NCBI GenBank assembly: GCA_041660605.1
Contig: JBAZWB010000003.1
Location: 82,680-146,679, forward strand
From: Patescibacteria group bacterium
GTDB lineage: Bacteria > Patescibacteriota > Patescibacteriia > UBA10025 > JAHIVO01
Length of the DNA: 64,000 nucleotides
Direction of reading: 5' to 3'
Position 1 is the first letter of the stretch. The number at the start of each line of letters is the position of its first letter. The notes below the pieces were generated by a model that ran no database searches, was not told the origin of the DNA, and saw only the letters and a program-made list of their open reading frames with translations. A program made the position numbers and the translations under genes. Below, piece by piece: positions 30,676-39,238 of the stretch.

Positions 30676-30718
30676 GAGAAAAATGGGCAACCAGTCGGGT
30701 AGCAATACTCGACTTTTT

Positions 30719-31738
30719 TTATATCAGCTCCCAGTTCGGATCCGGCTCAAGTTTTTTCCAGGTAGTGAAGTTTTTTTTCTGCGCCTGGAAATATCCGGCA
30801 ATAGCGATCATGGCGGCATTGTCCGTGCAGAGTTTCAAAGGCGGAAAATAGTACCCGACTCCCGGAAGATTATTTTTAATCTCTTCACCCAGTTTTTCCC
30901 TTAATGGCCCGTTAGCCGCTACCCCGCCGGCCAATAAAACATTTTTTACCCTGAAGGTTTTGGCGGCAGCCAGGGTTTTGGAGATGAGGACGTCGGTGAC
31001 CGCCTGCTGGAAGCTGGCGCAGATGTCGGCGACCGGCGCTTTTTTATTGTTAAACTCTTTTTTTAAAAGATACAGCACGGAAGTTTTCAGTCCGGAAAAG
31101 CTGAAATCGAAATTCTTATAATTAATCATCGGCCTAGGAAAATCAAAAGCCGTTGGGTTCCCCTTTTCCGCCATGGCCTGAACTTTCGGTCCGCCGGGAT
31201 AGCCGAGGCTCAGGAGCTTGGCCACCTTATCAAAAGCCTCGCCGGCCGCGTCATCCCGCGTCCGGCCGATCAATTTATAGTTATTGTGTTTTTTCATCAG
31301 AATCAATTCAGTATGCCCGCCGGAAACTACCAGGCAGAGAACCGGAAATTTTATTTGCGGGTTATTATACCAATTGGCGTAGATGTGTCCTTCCATATGG
31401 TTGAGGCCGACCAGCTTTTTATCCCAAAGATAGGCCAGCGTTTTGGCTGCCTGCGTGCCCACGCGCAGGGAGGTAATCAGGCCAGGCCCTCTGGTCACGG
31501 AAATGACGTCAATTTTGGCAGGCTTGATTTTTGCCTGCCGTAAAGCCACGTCAATGACCGGAACAATGTTTAATACATGCTGGCGGGCGGCCACTTCCGG
31601 CACTACGCCGCCATACAGGCTGTGGGTTTTTATCTGCGAAGCGATGATATGGGAAAGGATTTTTATCTTTCCCCGTTCGCCTTTTATAATGCTGGCGGCG
31701 GTTTCGTCGCAGGAGGTTTCGATACCTAGAACTATCAT
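30719..31738 (-). CDS. tsaD: tRNA N6-adenosine threonylcarbamoyltransferase
   Basis: N-terminus MIVLGIETSCDETAASII is the Kae1/TsaD signature. 339 aa. Confidence 0.9.
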   Translation of the reverse strand: MIVLGIETSCDETAASIIKGERGKIKILSHIIASQIKTHSLYGGVVPEVAARQHVLNIVPVIDVALRQAKIKPAKIDVISVTRGPGLITSLRVGTQAAKTLAYLWDKKLVGLNHMEGHIYANWYNNPQIKFPVLCLVVSGGHTELILMKKHNNYKLIGRTRDDAAGEAFDKVAKLLSLGYPGGPKVQAMAEKGNPTAFDFPRPMINYKNFDFSFSGLKTSVLYLLKKEFNNKKAPVADICASFQQAVTDVLISKTLAAAKTFRVKNVLLAGGVAANGPLREKLGEEIKNNLPGVGYYFPPLKLCTDNAAMIAIAGYFQAQKKNFTTWKKLEPDPNWELI

Positions 31739-31922
31739 ATTAACAGTAAATAATTATATTATGCAGCCGTATGTTCAGACTTCCGCCATAGGCGGACCCC
31801 GCTGGCTAGCGGGGCTATGCCTAAAATTATCATATATATTATTTCTTTCTGATGTTATTGTAGCATAATCAAGCTAAATTAGGGTTGAGGCCGGATTTAT
31901 AATGATAAAATCGTCCTACTCT

Positions 31923-31957
31923 TGACAGTGGGCATATTTTTTGCTAGCATTGATGGA
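31923..31957 (+). promoter_or_regulatory. sigma70-like promoter
   Basis: TTGACA, then 17 nt, then TAGCAT, upstream of the small ORF at 31992. Confidence 0.4.
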
Positions 31958-31991
31958 AAGTTAAGAAAGGTAAATTTCCAAGGAGGAACGG

Positions 31992-32147
31992 ATGCCTGAT
32001 TGGGTATATGTGATTTTAGCGATTGCATTGGCGGCGTTGTTTACAGTTTGGTACTTTAGGCGCCTGCGGCGCGGACAGAAAAGGATGGTCCGATATCAGC
32101 CTAGCAGGTCTGAACGGAGAAGAATCCGTAAACAACAAGCTTATTAG
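31992..32147 (+). CDS. small single-pass membrane protein (51 aa)
   Basis: Not in the ORF track. SD AAGGAGG 6 nt upstream. One TM helix followed by an Arg-rich tail. Terminator follows. Confidence 0.5.
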   Translation: MPDWVYVILAIALAALFTVWYFRRLRRGQKRMVRYQPSRSERRRIRKQQAY

Positions 32148-32211
32148 GGTCGGCAGATTCTAATTTCTATTGTTGACGATAGCTAGGCTTAAATGCAATC
32201 CAAGTGTATTG

Positions 32212-32250
32212 TGGGCAGCACCCTGCGTGTTGCCCTCTTTTTTATTTTGA
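32212..32250 (+). terminator. rho-independent terminator
   Basis: gggcagcaccctgcgtgttgccc followed by tcttttttatttt. Confidence 0.5.
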
Positions 32251-32265
32251 AAAAATATAGAATGT

Positions 32266-33126
32266 TTAGCGGCTTGTCTGAATATCAGGCGCAGGCGGTG
32301 ATTTAGCCCGTGACAGCCATAAGGCCAGGAGTGAAAGCGGAACAATAATCACATAGTACGGGATGGCCACGCCAGCGAACGCCGGAATAATTGCCCTTAA
32401 TATAAAACGCGCGAAAGCTATGATGAAAGCGATGATGATGGCTTGCCTGACATTCCGATAGTAAATAAAGGCAGCGACAATCAAATAGCCTAGGAAAAAG
32501 TCGCCGATACCAAGCGAGGCAGAGCCGAAAACAATATTGCCGTTGAAAAGCAGGGAGACGTCGCTGAATAGGCCTGAAGAAGCGGGGGCGAGCCAAACAT
32601 TATAGGCATCAATAAGCGTGGCAATTATCAGCCCAGCAATAAAACATTTTTGTGGGATTCTAAATCTTTTGAATAAAAATATACCCACCCAGATGATTGA
32701 GCCGGCAGTGACGATGTTTTGGAGCATTTGCCAGCGGGTAAGGATAGTGAGAGCAAAAAATGGGATTGGCAGGCAGAGAGCGGCGATAATTCGCCTTTTC
32801 AATGATTTTTGCTGAATAAGCAGGAAGCAGCCGATCACCGCGCTTAAGTAGTAGAGTACGCCATAAAAATATTCCAGCAGCACCGGGTTGGAGTGATAGA
32901 TAAAAAGGTAGCCAACTCCGACTGCCACGAGAATATCGGCGAGAAAAAAGAAGACCAGAGTGCGGCGCGATAGCCGTATGGCAGAGCCGATTGACAGGAG
33001 TTTCGGATCAAAACGGCGGTACGCCAATATCGAAATTATCAGAAAGGCAAAGAAGAAAAGGGACAGAAAGAATGAATTAAGCATATAAATAATTGTACAG
33101 AATAGGGCCGGCCTTAGCAATCGCAA
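32266..33126 (-). CDS. polytopic membrane protein (possible A24-type prepilin peptidase-like)
   Basis: 286 aa, about 8 TM helices, contains a GIGDFFLG motif. The family assignment is weak. Confidence 0.4.
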   Translation of the reverse strand: MRLLRPALFCTIIYMLNSFFLSLFFFAFLIISILAYRRFDPKLLSIGSAIRLSRRTLVFFFLADILVAVGVGYLFIYHSNPVLLEYFYGVLYYLSAVIGCFLLIQQKSLKRRIIAALCLPIPFFALTILTRWQMLQNIVTAGSIIWVGIFLFKRFRIPQKCFIAGLIIATLIDAYNVWLAPASSGLFSDVSLLFNGNIVFGSASLGIGDFFLGYLIVAAFIYYRNVRQAIIIAFIIAFARFILRAIIPAFAGVAIPYYVIIVPLSLLALWLSRAKSPPAPDIQTSR

Positions 33127-33230
33127 TTTTTAATAATACTACAATAAAAAGTCAGAGCAATATCATAATTGCCCCCTATTTAGCAGAGGTTAGCCGGTAG
33201 CCCCGAGAATTGTTGATAAGAAGCTGAGGA

Positions 33231-33689
33231 TTACCGGTGCCTTTGCTTTTTAATATAGATGTATTGCCGCACGCCGTCTAGCCAGCCGCCGGAAAAATAA
33301 TCTTCTGGGACAAACGCCTCAGGCTCTATCCACTTCGTTTCCGTGTGGGCGTCAGATAGTTTGATGATCCCGGCTTCTAAAGTAGCAATATACCCAAGCG
33401 CAAAAATTCTGGCTTCTGGATCGTCACCCATTTGTTCTTCCCGTTTATGCCTCATAAATATTTCCGGAGATGGGCACAACTCATATTTCAGATCCAAGCC
33501 TAGTTCCTCCGATAGTTTTCTTTTAATGATTTGATCAAGCGGTGCATCAAATTCATTTCGCTTAATCCTGCCTCCGGGTAAATCCCAGTGCCCGTATGCA
33601 TCCTTCAGTATTAAAAGCTTTCCGCCTTTTTCTAAAAAGACCTTGACCGCCACAAAGTATCTGTCTTTTTGTTTGTTATCTTTATCCAT
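33231..33689 (-). CDS. NUDIX hydrolase
   Basis: Nudix box GGRIKRNEFDAPLDQIIKRKLSEELGL. Confidence 0.8.
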   Translation of the reverse strand: MDKDNKQKDRYFVAVKVFLEKGGKLLILKDAYGHWDLPGGRIKRNEFDAPLDQIIKRKLSEELGLDLKYELCPSPEIFMRHKREEQMGDDPEARIFALGYIATLEAGIIKLSDAHTETKWIEPEAFVPEDYFSGGWLDGVRQYIYIKKQRHR

Positions 33690-33737
33690 TCAGTTCATTG
33701 ATGAAAGTTGGATTGGCAGAGGAGAATGTCTTGAAGG

Positions 33738-34130
33738 TTATTTTTTTGCAGCGTTGATTTTCGCGGCAATCTTTTTTTCCAGATGGTCCATAGTGCCCAC
33801 AAAAGCGTCTTCAATATCGATATCGTATTCCTTCGCCAATATTAAAATCGACCAGAGGCAGTCGGCCAATTCGTATTTCAATTCATTGTCGATATTTTCA
33901 ATGTCACGCAGCCCGTCTTTGGCCATGACCAGTTTCATGAAGTCGCCAACGTCGCTGACAAAACCCTGGGCAATTTCCGATCGCGTCCACGCCCGTCCGT
34001 GTTTTTTCTGCTCCAGCACTGCAAGCTTTCCCCGGATTTCAATTGCCCGTTTTGTAAGTTCTTTGATATCCATATCATTTGGAAATTTATAAGTTGTGCT
34101 TTTTAGCCCCACGGGGAATTTTCGCGTCAC
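33738..34130 (-). CDS. MazG-like nucleotide pyrophosphohydrolase
   Basis: LADCLWSILILA and EIRGKL resemble the all-alpha NTP-PPase (MazG/dCTPase) motifs. Confidence 0.65.
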   Translation of the reverse strand: MTRKFPVGLKSTTYKFPNDMDIKELTKRAIEIRGKLAVLEQKKHGRAWTRSEIAQGFVSDVGDFMKLVMAKDGLRDIENIDNELKYELADCLWSILILAKEYDIDIEDAFVGTMDHLEKKIAAKINAAKK

Positions 34131-34560
34131 CCCGCCCTTGGGCGGGGCTCCTTGTCCTGGTCAGCAGTGATTTAAAAACTTCTGTCCCGGGGCGTCACGG
34201 CGGTTCCCGCATCGTGCCGCCCGCGCTCGCGGCCGCGACTGAAGCAGTTCAGTCGCTTTTTTCCGCTCGCGCCCGTTCGATTCCCCTCTATTTTTATTGT
34301 GCCTACATTCTTAAAAGCTATTTGAGTATTTAATACTGGTTCATTTTAGCCCCACGGGGAATTTTCGCGTCACCCCGCCCATGGGCGGGGCTCCTTGTCC
34401 TGGTCAGCGCCAAATGCTCCTGATGGTCGCATTTGTCGGCGTTCGACTTACCCTTCGACTTCGCTCAGGGTTGTCTCACTTCTGACCGTTCGATTCCCCT
34501 CTATTTTTATTGTGCCTACATTCTTAAAAGCTATTTGAGTATTTAATACTGGTTCATTTT
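34101..34560. repeat. two tandem units (about 245 and 214 bp) each carrying a copy of the tRNA-Glu 3-prime 16-mer and a conserved 74-bp tail
   Basis: tagccccacggggaat occurs at 34104-34119, 34347-34362 and in the tRNA at 38703-38718. The 74-bp segment at 34273-34346 matches the one at 34486-34560. Each unit also has the hairpin ccccgccc(tt/at)gggcgggg. Confidence 0.7.
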
Positions 34561-34694
34561 ATGGCTTTACAACGAAGTACGAACCTATTTCAAAGAGAAT
34601 TATTGATTTGATTGCGGGGCGGAAGGGGGGTTTGGGGGGAATTCCGCCCCGCATCCCTCTGCGCCTCTTTCTTAAAAAGCCAGAGATTTTTCGT
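34560..34694. repeat. 135-bp inverted repeat, left arm
   Basis: Perfect reverse complement of 36866-37000 (135 of 135 by manual alignment). Confidence 0.85.
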
Positions 34695-34724
34695 TGCGCC
34701 GATTACGGCGCGCGCCGCGGTGAT

Positions 34725-35051
34725 TTATTTAGTATTTTGTTTACCCTCCCATTTGAATATAAATATAGAGATTACCATAAACACCCCAACAATTAAATCA
34801 ATTACACTCCAAACCTCACGATTGAAATGGATAACGATAAATGGATTAAAAAGTACTGCAAGAAATCCAAAAATCCAAATCCATTTTTCTTTTTTTGTTT
34901 CATACGCCATCCATGCAACATACATAGAACTGGTAAATACCACGAAGCGTAAAAGTGTAAACAGTCCATAAGGTAAACCATCAATTAAAGCTACAAAAAG
35001 AAAAGCGGCGGCAATAAGTAATGCTACATTTTTCTTTCTATTCTGTTTCAT
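34725..35051 (-). CDS. small membrane protein
   Basis: Trimmed to the internal Met (MKQNRKK). Three TM helices. Lies inside the IR-flanked cassette. Confidence 0.4.
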   Translation of the reverse strand: MKQNRKKNVALLIAAAFLFVALIDGLPYGLFTLLRFVVFTSSMYVAWMAYETKKEKWIWIFGFLAVLFNPFIVIHFNREVWSVIDLIVGVFMVISIFIFKWEGKQNTK

Positions 35052-35055
35052 CACT

Positions 35056-35451
35056 TTATATACCAAACCATTCGCTGCGCTTTTCGCCCTTCTTAGATGA
35101 AAATTTTTCCTCTCTAAGAATCCGACGCCTCTTTTTTGCAGCTTCAAACAGCCGATTGGCCTCTTCCTCATCCAATAGCTTATCTAAAAGCCGATTTAGT
35201 TTCATTTTAGCTTGATGGCGCTTATATGTAAGGTAAGCTCCCGCCCAATATAAACCAATTACTAAATAAACGCCGAGTTTCATCAACTCGCCATTTTCAT
35301 CTATCCTAATAATTGGATCTTTAATAATAAGGAAATAAAGCAGGATTGGGATGATCAAGAAAACAACAATAGCTACAAAAATTCTTTTACTATAACCAAA
35401 GCGCTCACCAGTATATTCGTAATCTTTAGTTAGCCAATCCCAGAAAGCCAT
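35056..35451 (-). CDS. small membrane protein with charged coiled C-terminus
   Basis: 131 aa, two TM helices, C-terminus rich in Lys/Glu/Arg. Confidence 0.4.
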   Translation of the reverse strand: MAFWDWLTKDYEYTGERFGYSKRIFVAIVVFLIIPILLYFLIIKDPIIRIDENGELMKLGVYLVIGLYWAGAYLTYKRHQAKMKLNRLLDKLLDEEEANRLFEAAKKRRRILREEKFSSKKGEKRSEWFGI

Positions 35452-35718
35452 ATTTTATATTGATTAGTTTTATATTTCTTGCACTGATAAAGCGTGAGTA
35501 TAAATTACCTCTCGTCAGGGTGATCACCCCAGCCCTCATTTGGTTTTAACATTGCTCTTCGTTTTTCTCGGAATCGTTGCCGTCCGGCATCAACAATATC
35601 AATTATTCCACACTTTGGGCACCTTGACTTGCAAACGGCACAATATTATTCACCGCAGTTTTTACAAATGATAAGTTCATCAGCGTGTGGCATAGGGGCT
35701 GGTTATAGCTCTTCTAAA

Positions 35719-36492
35719 TTATGATGATGACACTTTTGGAGCTTCCGGAGGCTGTGGTAAGGCAGGTGGGCTTGGGAGTTTTGGAGGCGATATAATACCC
35801 GCACCCGTTGATGTGGGTTCATAATCTTGGCTGAAGACCCCAGCAGCAGACAATAACCCTATTACAAGCCACAGTATCACTAAAATGACAATCACCCATA
35901 ATAGTTTTTTTATTTTTTTAGATTTTGGTGGTTTAATCTTTCCTTTATTGGAAATAATTTTTGCACCACATGACCAACAATACAAAGCATCATTTGTAGC
36001 TTTTTGCCCGCATTTTGAACAATACGCATCCGCTATAGGATTCTTCTGCTCTACAACATTTGTTGATTTAGTTATTATTCTATGTTTCTCTACCTGATAC
36101 GCTGGATACACAAAATAAGCTAGAATGTATAGCGCAATTAGTGCTCCAAGTAATTGGATAGGGTTAATTAGGGTTATAACCAGAGCGTTGAGTAATACTA
36201 CTGTAAACGCAATGACTACGCCTGTCTTTGTCCATTTATAAATTACAACCGAGATAGCTAACCCAATCGCCAACAAAGCATATCCCAGCCCCTTGCTAGT
36301 TTCAAGATTTTGACCAATAAACTGCGTCCAGCCGAGAAAATATAAAATCGAATAAGCCAGGCTGGCTTTCCCGCGCATTGACTTTAAACCCGACAACTGA
36401 TTGTAGTTTTCAAGTTGATAACTCAACGCCTCATCCGTTAGTTTCACGGCAAAAAATCCAGATCGACCAGTTTTAGATTTTTTGTTATTCAT
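35719..36492 (-). CDS. membrane protein with internal zinc ribbon and Pro-rich tail
   Basis: CSKCGQK...CWSCGAK zinc ribbon between TM segments. C-terminal PPKLPSPPALPQPPEAP. Confidence 0.5.
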   Translation of the reverse strand: MNNKKSKTGRSGFFAVKLTDEALSYQLENYNQLSGLKSMRGKASLAYSILYFLGWTQFIGQNLETSKGLGYALLAIGLAISVVIYKWTKTGVVIAFTVVLLNALVITLINPIQLLGALIALYILAYFVYPAYQVEKHRIITKSTNVVEQKNPIADAYCSKCGQKATNDALYCWSCGAKIISNKGKIKPPKSKKIKKLLWVIVILVILWLVIGLLSAAGVFSQDYEPTSTGAGIISPPKLPSPPALPQPPEAPKVSSS

Positions 36493-36498
36493 AGGATT

Positions 36499-36720
36499 TT
36501 AATTAATAAAATAATTCATTGGTCGTTTGTATATCTTGGCTATTTTTTTCAGCTCAATAACATCAATCTTACGTTGCCCAACCTCAATCTTTGAAATATA
36601 GGACTGAGATCGGCTAAGTCGTTTGGCAGCCTCCATTTGGTTAAATCCGGCCTCTTTGCGGGCTTGTATTATGCGTTCTATGAGCTTTTTATGCTCTTTT
36701 GAGTAGATTTCACTATTCAT
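36499..36720 (-). CDS. XRE-family helix-turn-helix transcriptional regulator
   Basis: 73 aa. QARKEAGFNQMEAAKRLSRSQSYISKIEVGQR is a classic Cro/CI-type HTH. Confidence 0.8.
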   Translation of the reverse strand: MNSEIYSKEHKKLIERIIQARKEAGFNQMEAAKRLSRSQSYISKIEVGQRKIDVIELKKIAKIYKRPMNYFIN

Positions 36721-36865
36721 ATTGATTGTTCCATATTTTTATGGTAAAGTCCAGTATGGAATAGTCCAAAGTGGACTTATGCGCATAGGGAGCAAACCTT
36801 GCCCGCGCACGGGTGGGTGGGGCAAGGGCAACTCTTTACCGCGGCGCATCCCGCCTTCGCGGGAT

Positions 36866-37000
36866 ACGAAAAATCTCTGGCTTTTTAAGAAAGAGGCGCA
36901 GAGGGATGCGGGGCGGAATTCCCCCCAAACCCCCCTTCCGCCCCGCAATCAAATCAATAATTCTCTTTGAAATAGGTTCGTACTTCGTTGTAAAGCCATA
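36866..37000. repeat. 135-bp inverted repeat, right arm
   Basis: Reverse complement of 34560-34694. Contains the internal palindrome gcggggcggaa...ttccgccccgc with a G6TTTG6 centre. Confidence 0.85.
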
Positions 37001-37186
37001 CCACTATCATACTTTCCAAAAATTTACCGATTTTCTCTCTGGCGCTGGATATGGCAAACCAGTGTTTTTGTGGGCGAAATTCTGGGATAGGGCGGACTTT
37101 CCCGAAACCCAGGACGAGGTTCGCCTCCCGCGCGATTTTGAAATTCTGTCTCGTTTTCTTTTCTTAATTACTAATTATTAAACTAT

Positions 37187-38740
37187 ATGAACAACCAAAA
37201 GTTTTTTCTCTACGCCCGCAAGTCCACCGACGTAGAAGATAAGCAAGTTTTGAGCATTGAAGCGCAGATCGTTGAATTGCGCACCTTTGCTAAAAAGGAA
37301 AGTTTAACAATAGTAGAGGAATTAGTGGAAAAGAAATCGGCCAAAGTGCCCGGACGCAAGATATTCAACTCAATGTTGGACAGAATAGCGAAAGGCGAAG
37401 CGCAAGGAATTGTGAGCTGGCACCCTGATAGATTGGCGCGCAATTCGGTGGATGGCGGGCGAATCATTTATCTGCTGGATACTGGCCAGCTTGCGGCTTT
37501 GAAATTCCCCCAATTCTGGTTTGAATCAACGCCGCAAGGAAAGTTTATGCTAAATATTGCCTTCGGACAGAGCAAATACTATGTGGATTCGCTATCAGAG
37601 AATGTAAAACGCGGATTGCGCCAAAAAGCCAGACGAGGAGAGTATTCGGGCATAGCCCCGCTTGGCTACATCAACGATTTACGTACCAAAACTGTGGTGG
37701 TAGACAAAACGCAGGCGAAAATCGTGAGCCAGGCGTTTGAACTGTACGCCCAAGGCAATTCTCGACTAGAGGATATTTCCACCTTTTTGGCCCAACATAA
37801 TATAACCTCGCGCAATGGCAAACCACTAAAACGAGACAGAATTTCTTTTATCCTTTCCAATCCTTTTTATGTTGGTTTCTTTACTTATGCCAAGGAATTA
37901 TATGAAGGCAAGCACCAGCCAGTCATCTCAAAGAAAATTTTTGACCAAGTGCAAATAATATTGAAACAAAAGGGCAGACCGCACCACAAAACCAAGAACG
38001 AGCCGCAACCCTATTGCGGTCTGCTGCGGTGTAACACCTGCGGAATGGGTATAACTGGCGAATACAAGACAAAGCACCAAAAGAACGGTAACGAACACAA
38101 TTATATTTACTACCACTGCACGAAAAAGAATAAGGCCATCAAATGTCACGAGCCATGTATTCGCCAAGAATCATTGGATGAACAAATTACTCCTTTACTG
38201 CAAAAATTTTCTTTGAGATCTGATTGGGCGGACAGCTTGTTACATCAACTAGAGCAAGACACTTCCGAGTCCGCCCACTCCTCTGTCGCTTTTGTTCAAG
38301 AGACGGAAAACACTATCCAAGGTATCGAAACCAAGCTCCAGCGACTTTTAGACAGCTATCTGGAGCAAGATATTGACCGAGACGCGTACCTGGAGAAGAA
38401 GGCTGGCCTCTTAGGAGAGAAAAAGTCCCTCACGGAGAAAATGACCCGTCTTGAACAAAAGCGGACTGGCTGGGTCGAACCGATGCGGAAATGGATAAAT
38501 ACGGCAGCAGAGCTGCCGAAAATCGCGCGGGAGAGCGACCTTTTTCTCCGAAAGGTCGCGGCCAAAGAAATCTTTGGCTCGAACCTCGTCCTGGGTTTCG
38601 GGAAAGTCCGCCCTATCCCAGAATTTCGCCCACAAAAACACTGGTTTGCCATATCCAGCGCCAGAGAGAAAATCGGTAAATTTTTGGAAAGTATGATAGT
38701 GGTAGCCCCACGGGGAATCGAACCCCGATTACCACATTGA
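37187..38740 (+). CDS. large serine recombinase (resolvase/integrase family)
   Basis: Catalytic LYARKSTDVEDKQ (Ser in the YxRxS motif), a recombinase domain, zinc ribbon CGLLRCNTCG and a coiled coil. The 3-prime end reads into the tRNA-Glu gene. Confidence 0.88.
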   Translation: MNNQKFFLYARKSTDVEDKQVLSIEAQIVELRTFAKKESLTIVEELVEKKSAKVPGRKIFNSMLDRIAKGEAQGIVSWHPDRLARNSVDGGRIIYLLDTGQLAALKFPQFWFESTPQGKFMLNIAFGQSKYYVDSLSENVKRGLRQKARRGEYSGIAPLGYINDLRTKTVVVDKTQAKIVSQAFELYAQGNSRLEDISTFLAQHNITSRNGKPLKRDRISFILSNPFYVGFFTYAKELYEGKHQPVISKKIFDQVQIILKQKGRPHHKTKNEPQPYCGLLRCNTCGMGITGEYKTKHQKNGNEHNYIYYHCTKKNKAIKCHEPCIRQESLDEQITPLLQKFSLRSDWADSLLHQLEQDTSESAHSSVAFVQETENTIQGIETKLQRLLDSYLEQDIDRDAYLEKKAGLLGEKKSLTEKMTRLEQKRTGWVEPMRKWINTAAELPKIARESDLFLRKVAAKEIFGSNLVLGFGKVRPIPEFRPQKHWFAISSAREKIGKFLESMIVVAPRGIEPRLPH

Positions 38741-38774
38741 AAGCGTGGTGTCCTAACCGTTAGACGATAGGGCC
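38700..38774 (-). tRNA. tRNA-Glu (anticodon UUC)
   Basis: Hand-folded. Acceptor GGCCCTA/TGGGGCT with 2 G-U pairs, anticodon arm CCACG-CTTTCAA-TGTGG, T-arm CGGGG-TTCGATT-CCCCG, encoded CCA. Close to E. coli tRNA-Glu. Confidence 0.8.
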
Positions 38775-38779
38775 ATAAA

Positions 38780-39034
38780 TCATTCGAAGCTGTATTTAAT
38801 GGATTGTTTAAGAAAATCTCGTTGGCGACCATGATGCTTCAGATTCCATTCTCTTTGCGTTGCATCACGTTTATCACGATATCCTTCATAATAAATCAAT
38901 ATCCACTTGCCAGCAACATTCGTTGATTTTGTTTTACCAATATTATGTTCTTGAACACGTTGGCGTATGCTCTTGGTATATCCAATATAAAGCTTTTTAT
39001 TCTTAGAATTTTGTAATATATAAACGTAATACAT
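38780..39034 (-). CDS. GIY-YIG nuclease family protein
   Basis: N-terminus YYVYILQNSKNKKLYIGYTKSIRQRVQEHN is the GIY-YIG motif. 84 aa. Confidence 0.8.
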   Translation of the reverse strand: MYYVYILQNSKNKKLYIGYTKSIRQRVQEHNIGKTKSTNVAGKWILIYYEGYRDKRDATQREWNLKHHGRQRDFLKQSIKYSFE

Positions 39035-39049
39035 ATCTCAGCCAGTTAT

Positions 39050-39082
39050 CTGCCCATAGGGCAGACCCGCCCTTTGGGCGGG
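39050..39082. repeat. two adjacent GC hairpins (ctgcccatagggcag and cccgccctttgggcggg)
   Basis: Perfect short palindromes. The second is the same type as the hairpins at 34128 and 34372. Confidence 0.5.
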
Positions 39083-39238
39083 GACGATAGGGCCGTAAAT
39101 TTGATTAGTAAAAAAATTTTAGCTTGGATTTCATTAAAAGTCAAGATAGAAGCCCAGTCTGCCAGTTAGAGAATATTTGTCAAAAGATTTTTTGTATATT
39201 ATAATATAGACACTTTTATCACTAATCACCCTCCAAAT

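Larger units (their letters stand above)
34347..38740. mobile_element. putative integrated element at tRNA-Glu (serine recombinase plus IR-flanked cassette)
   Basis: Bounded by the tRNA 3-prime end and a direct copy of its 16-mer at 34347. Contains the recombinase, an XRE regulator and small membrane proteins. Confidence 0.5.

Noticed and set aside
34101-34560. Possible CRISPR array (direct repeats with variable spacers)
   Set aside because: Only two units are present, each about 60 bp repeat plus about 74 bp repeat, with tRNA-derived sequence and no cas genes. This is more consistent with att-site remnants.
34612-34971. Track ORF 34612-34971 (+) and ORF 36739-36948 (-) sharing the identical N-terminus MRGGRGVWGEFRPASLCASFLKSQRFFV
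   Set aside because: The identical 28 residues are simply the two arms of the 135-bp inverted repeat read in the same relative frame. Both ORFs have G-rich artefact composition and no SD, and they diverge immediately outside the IR.
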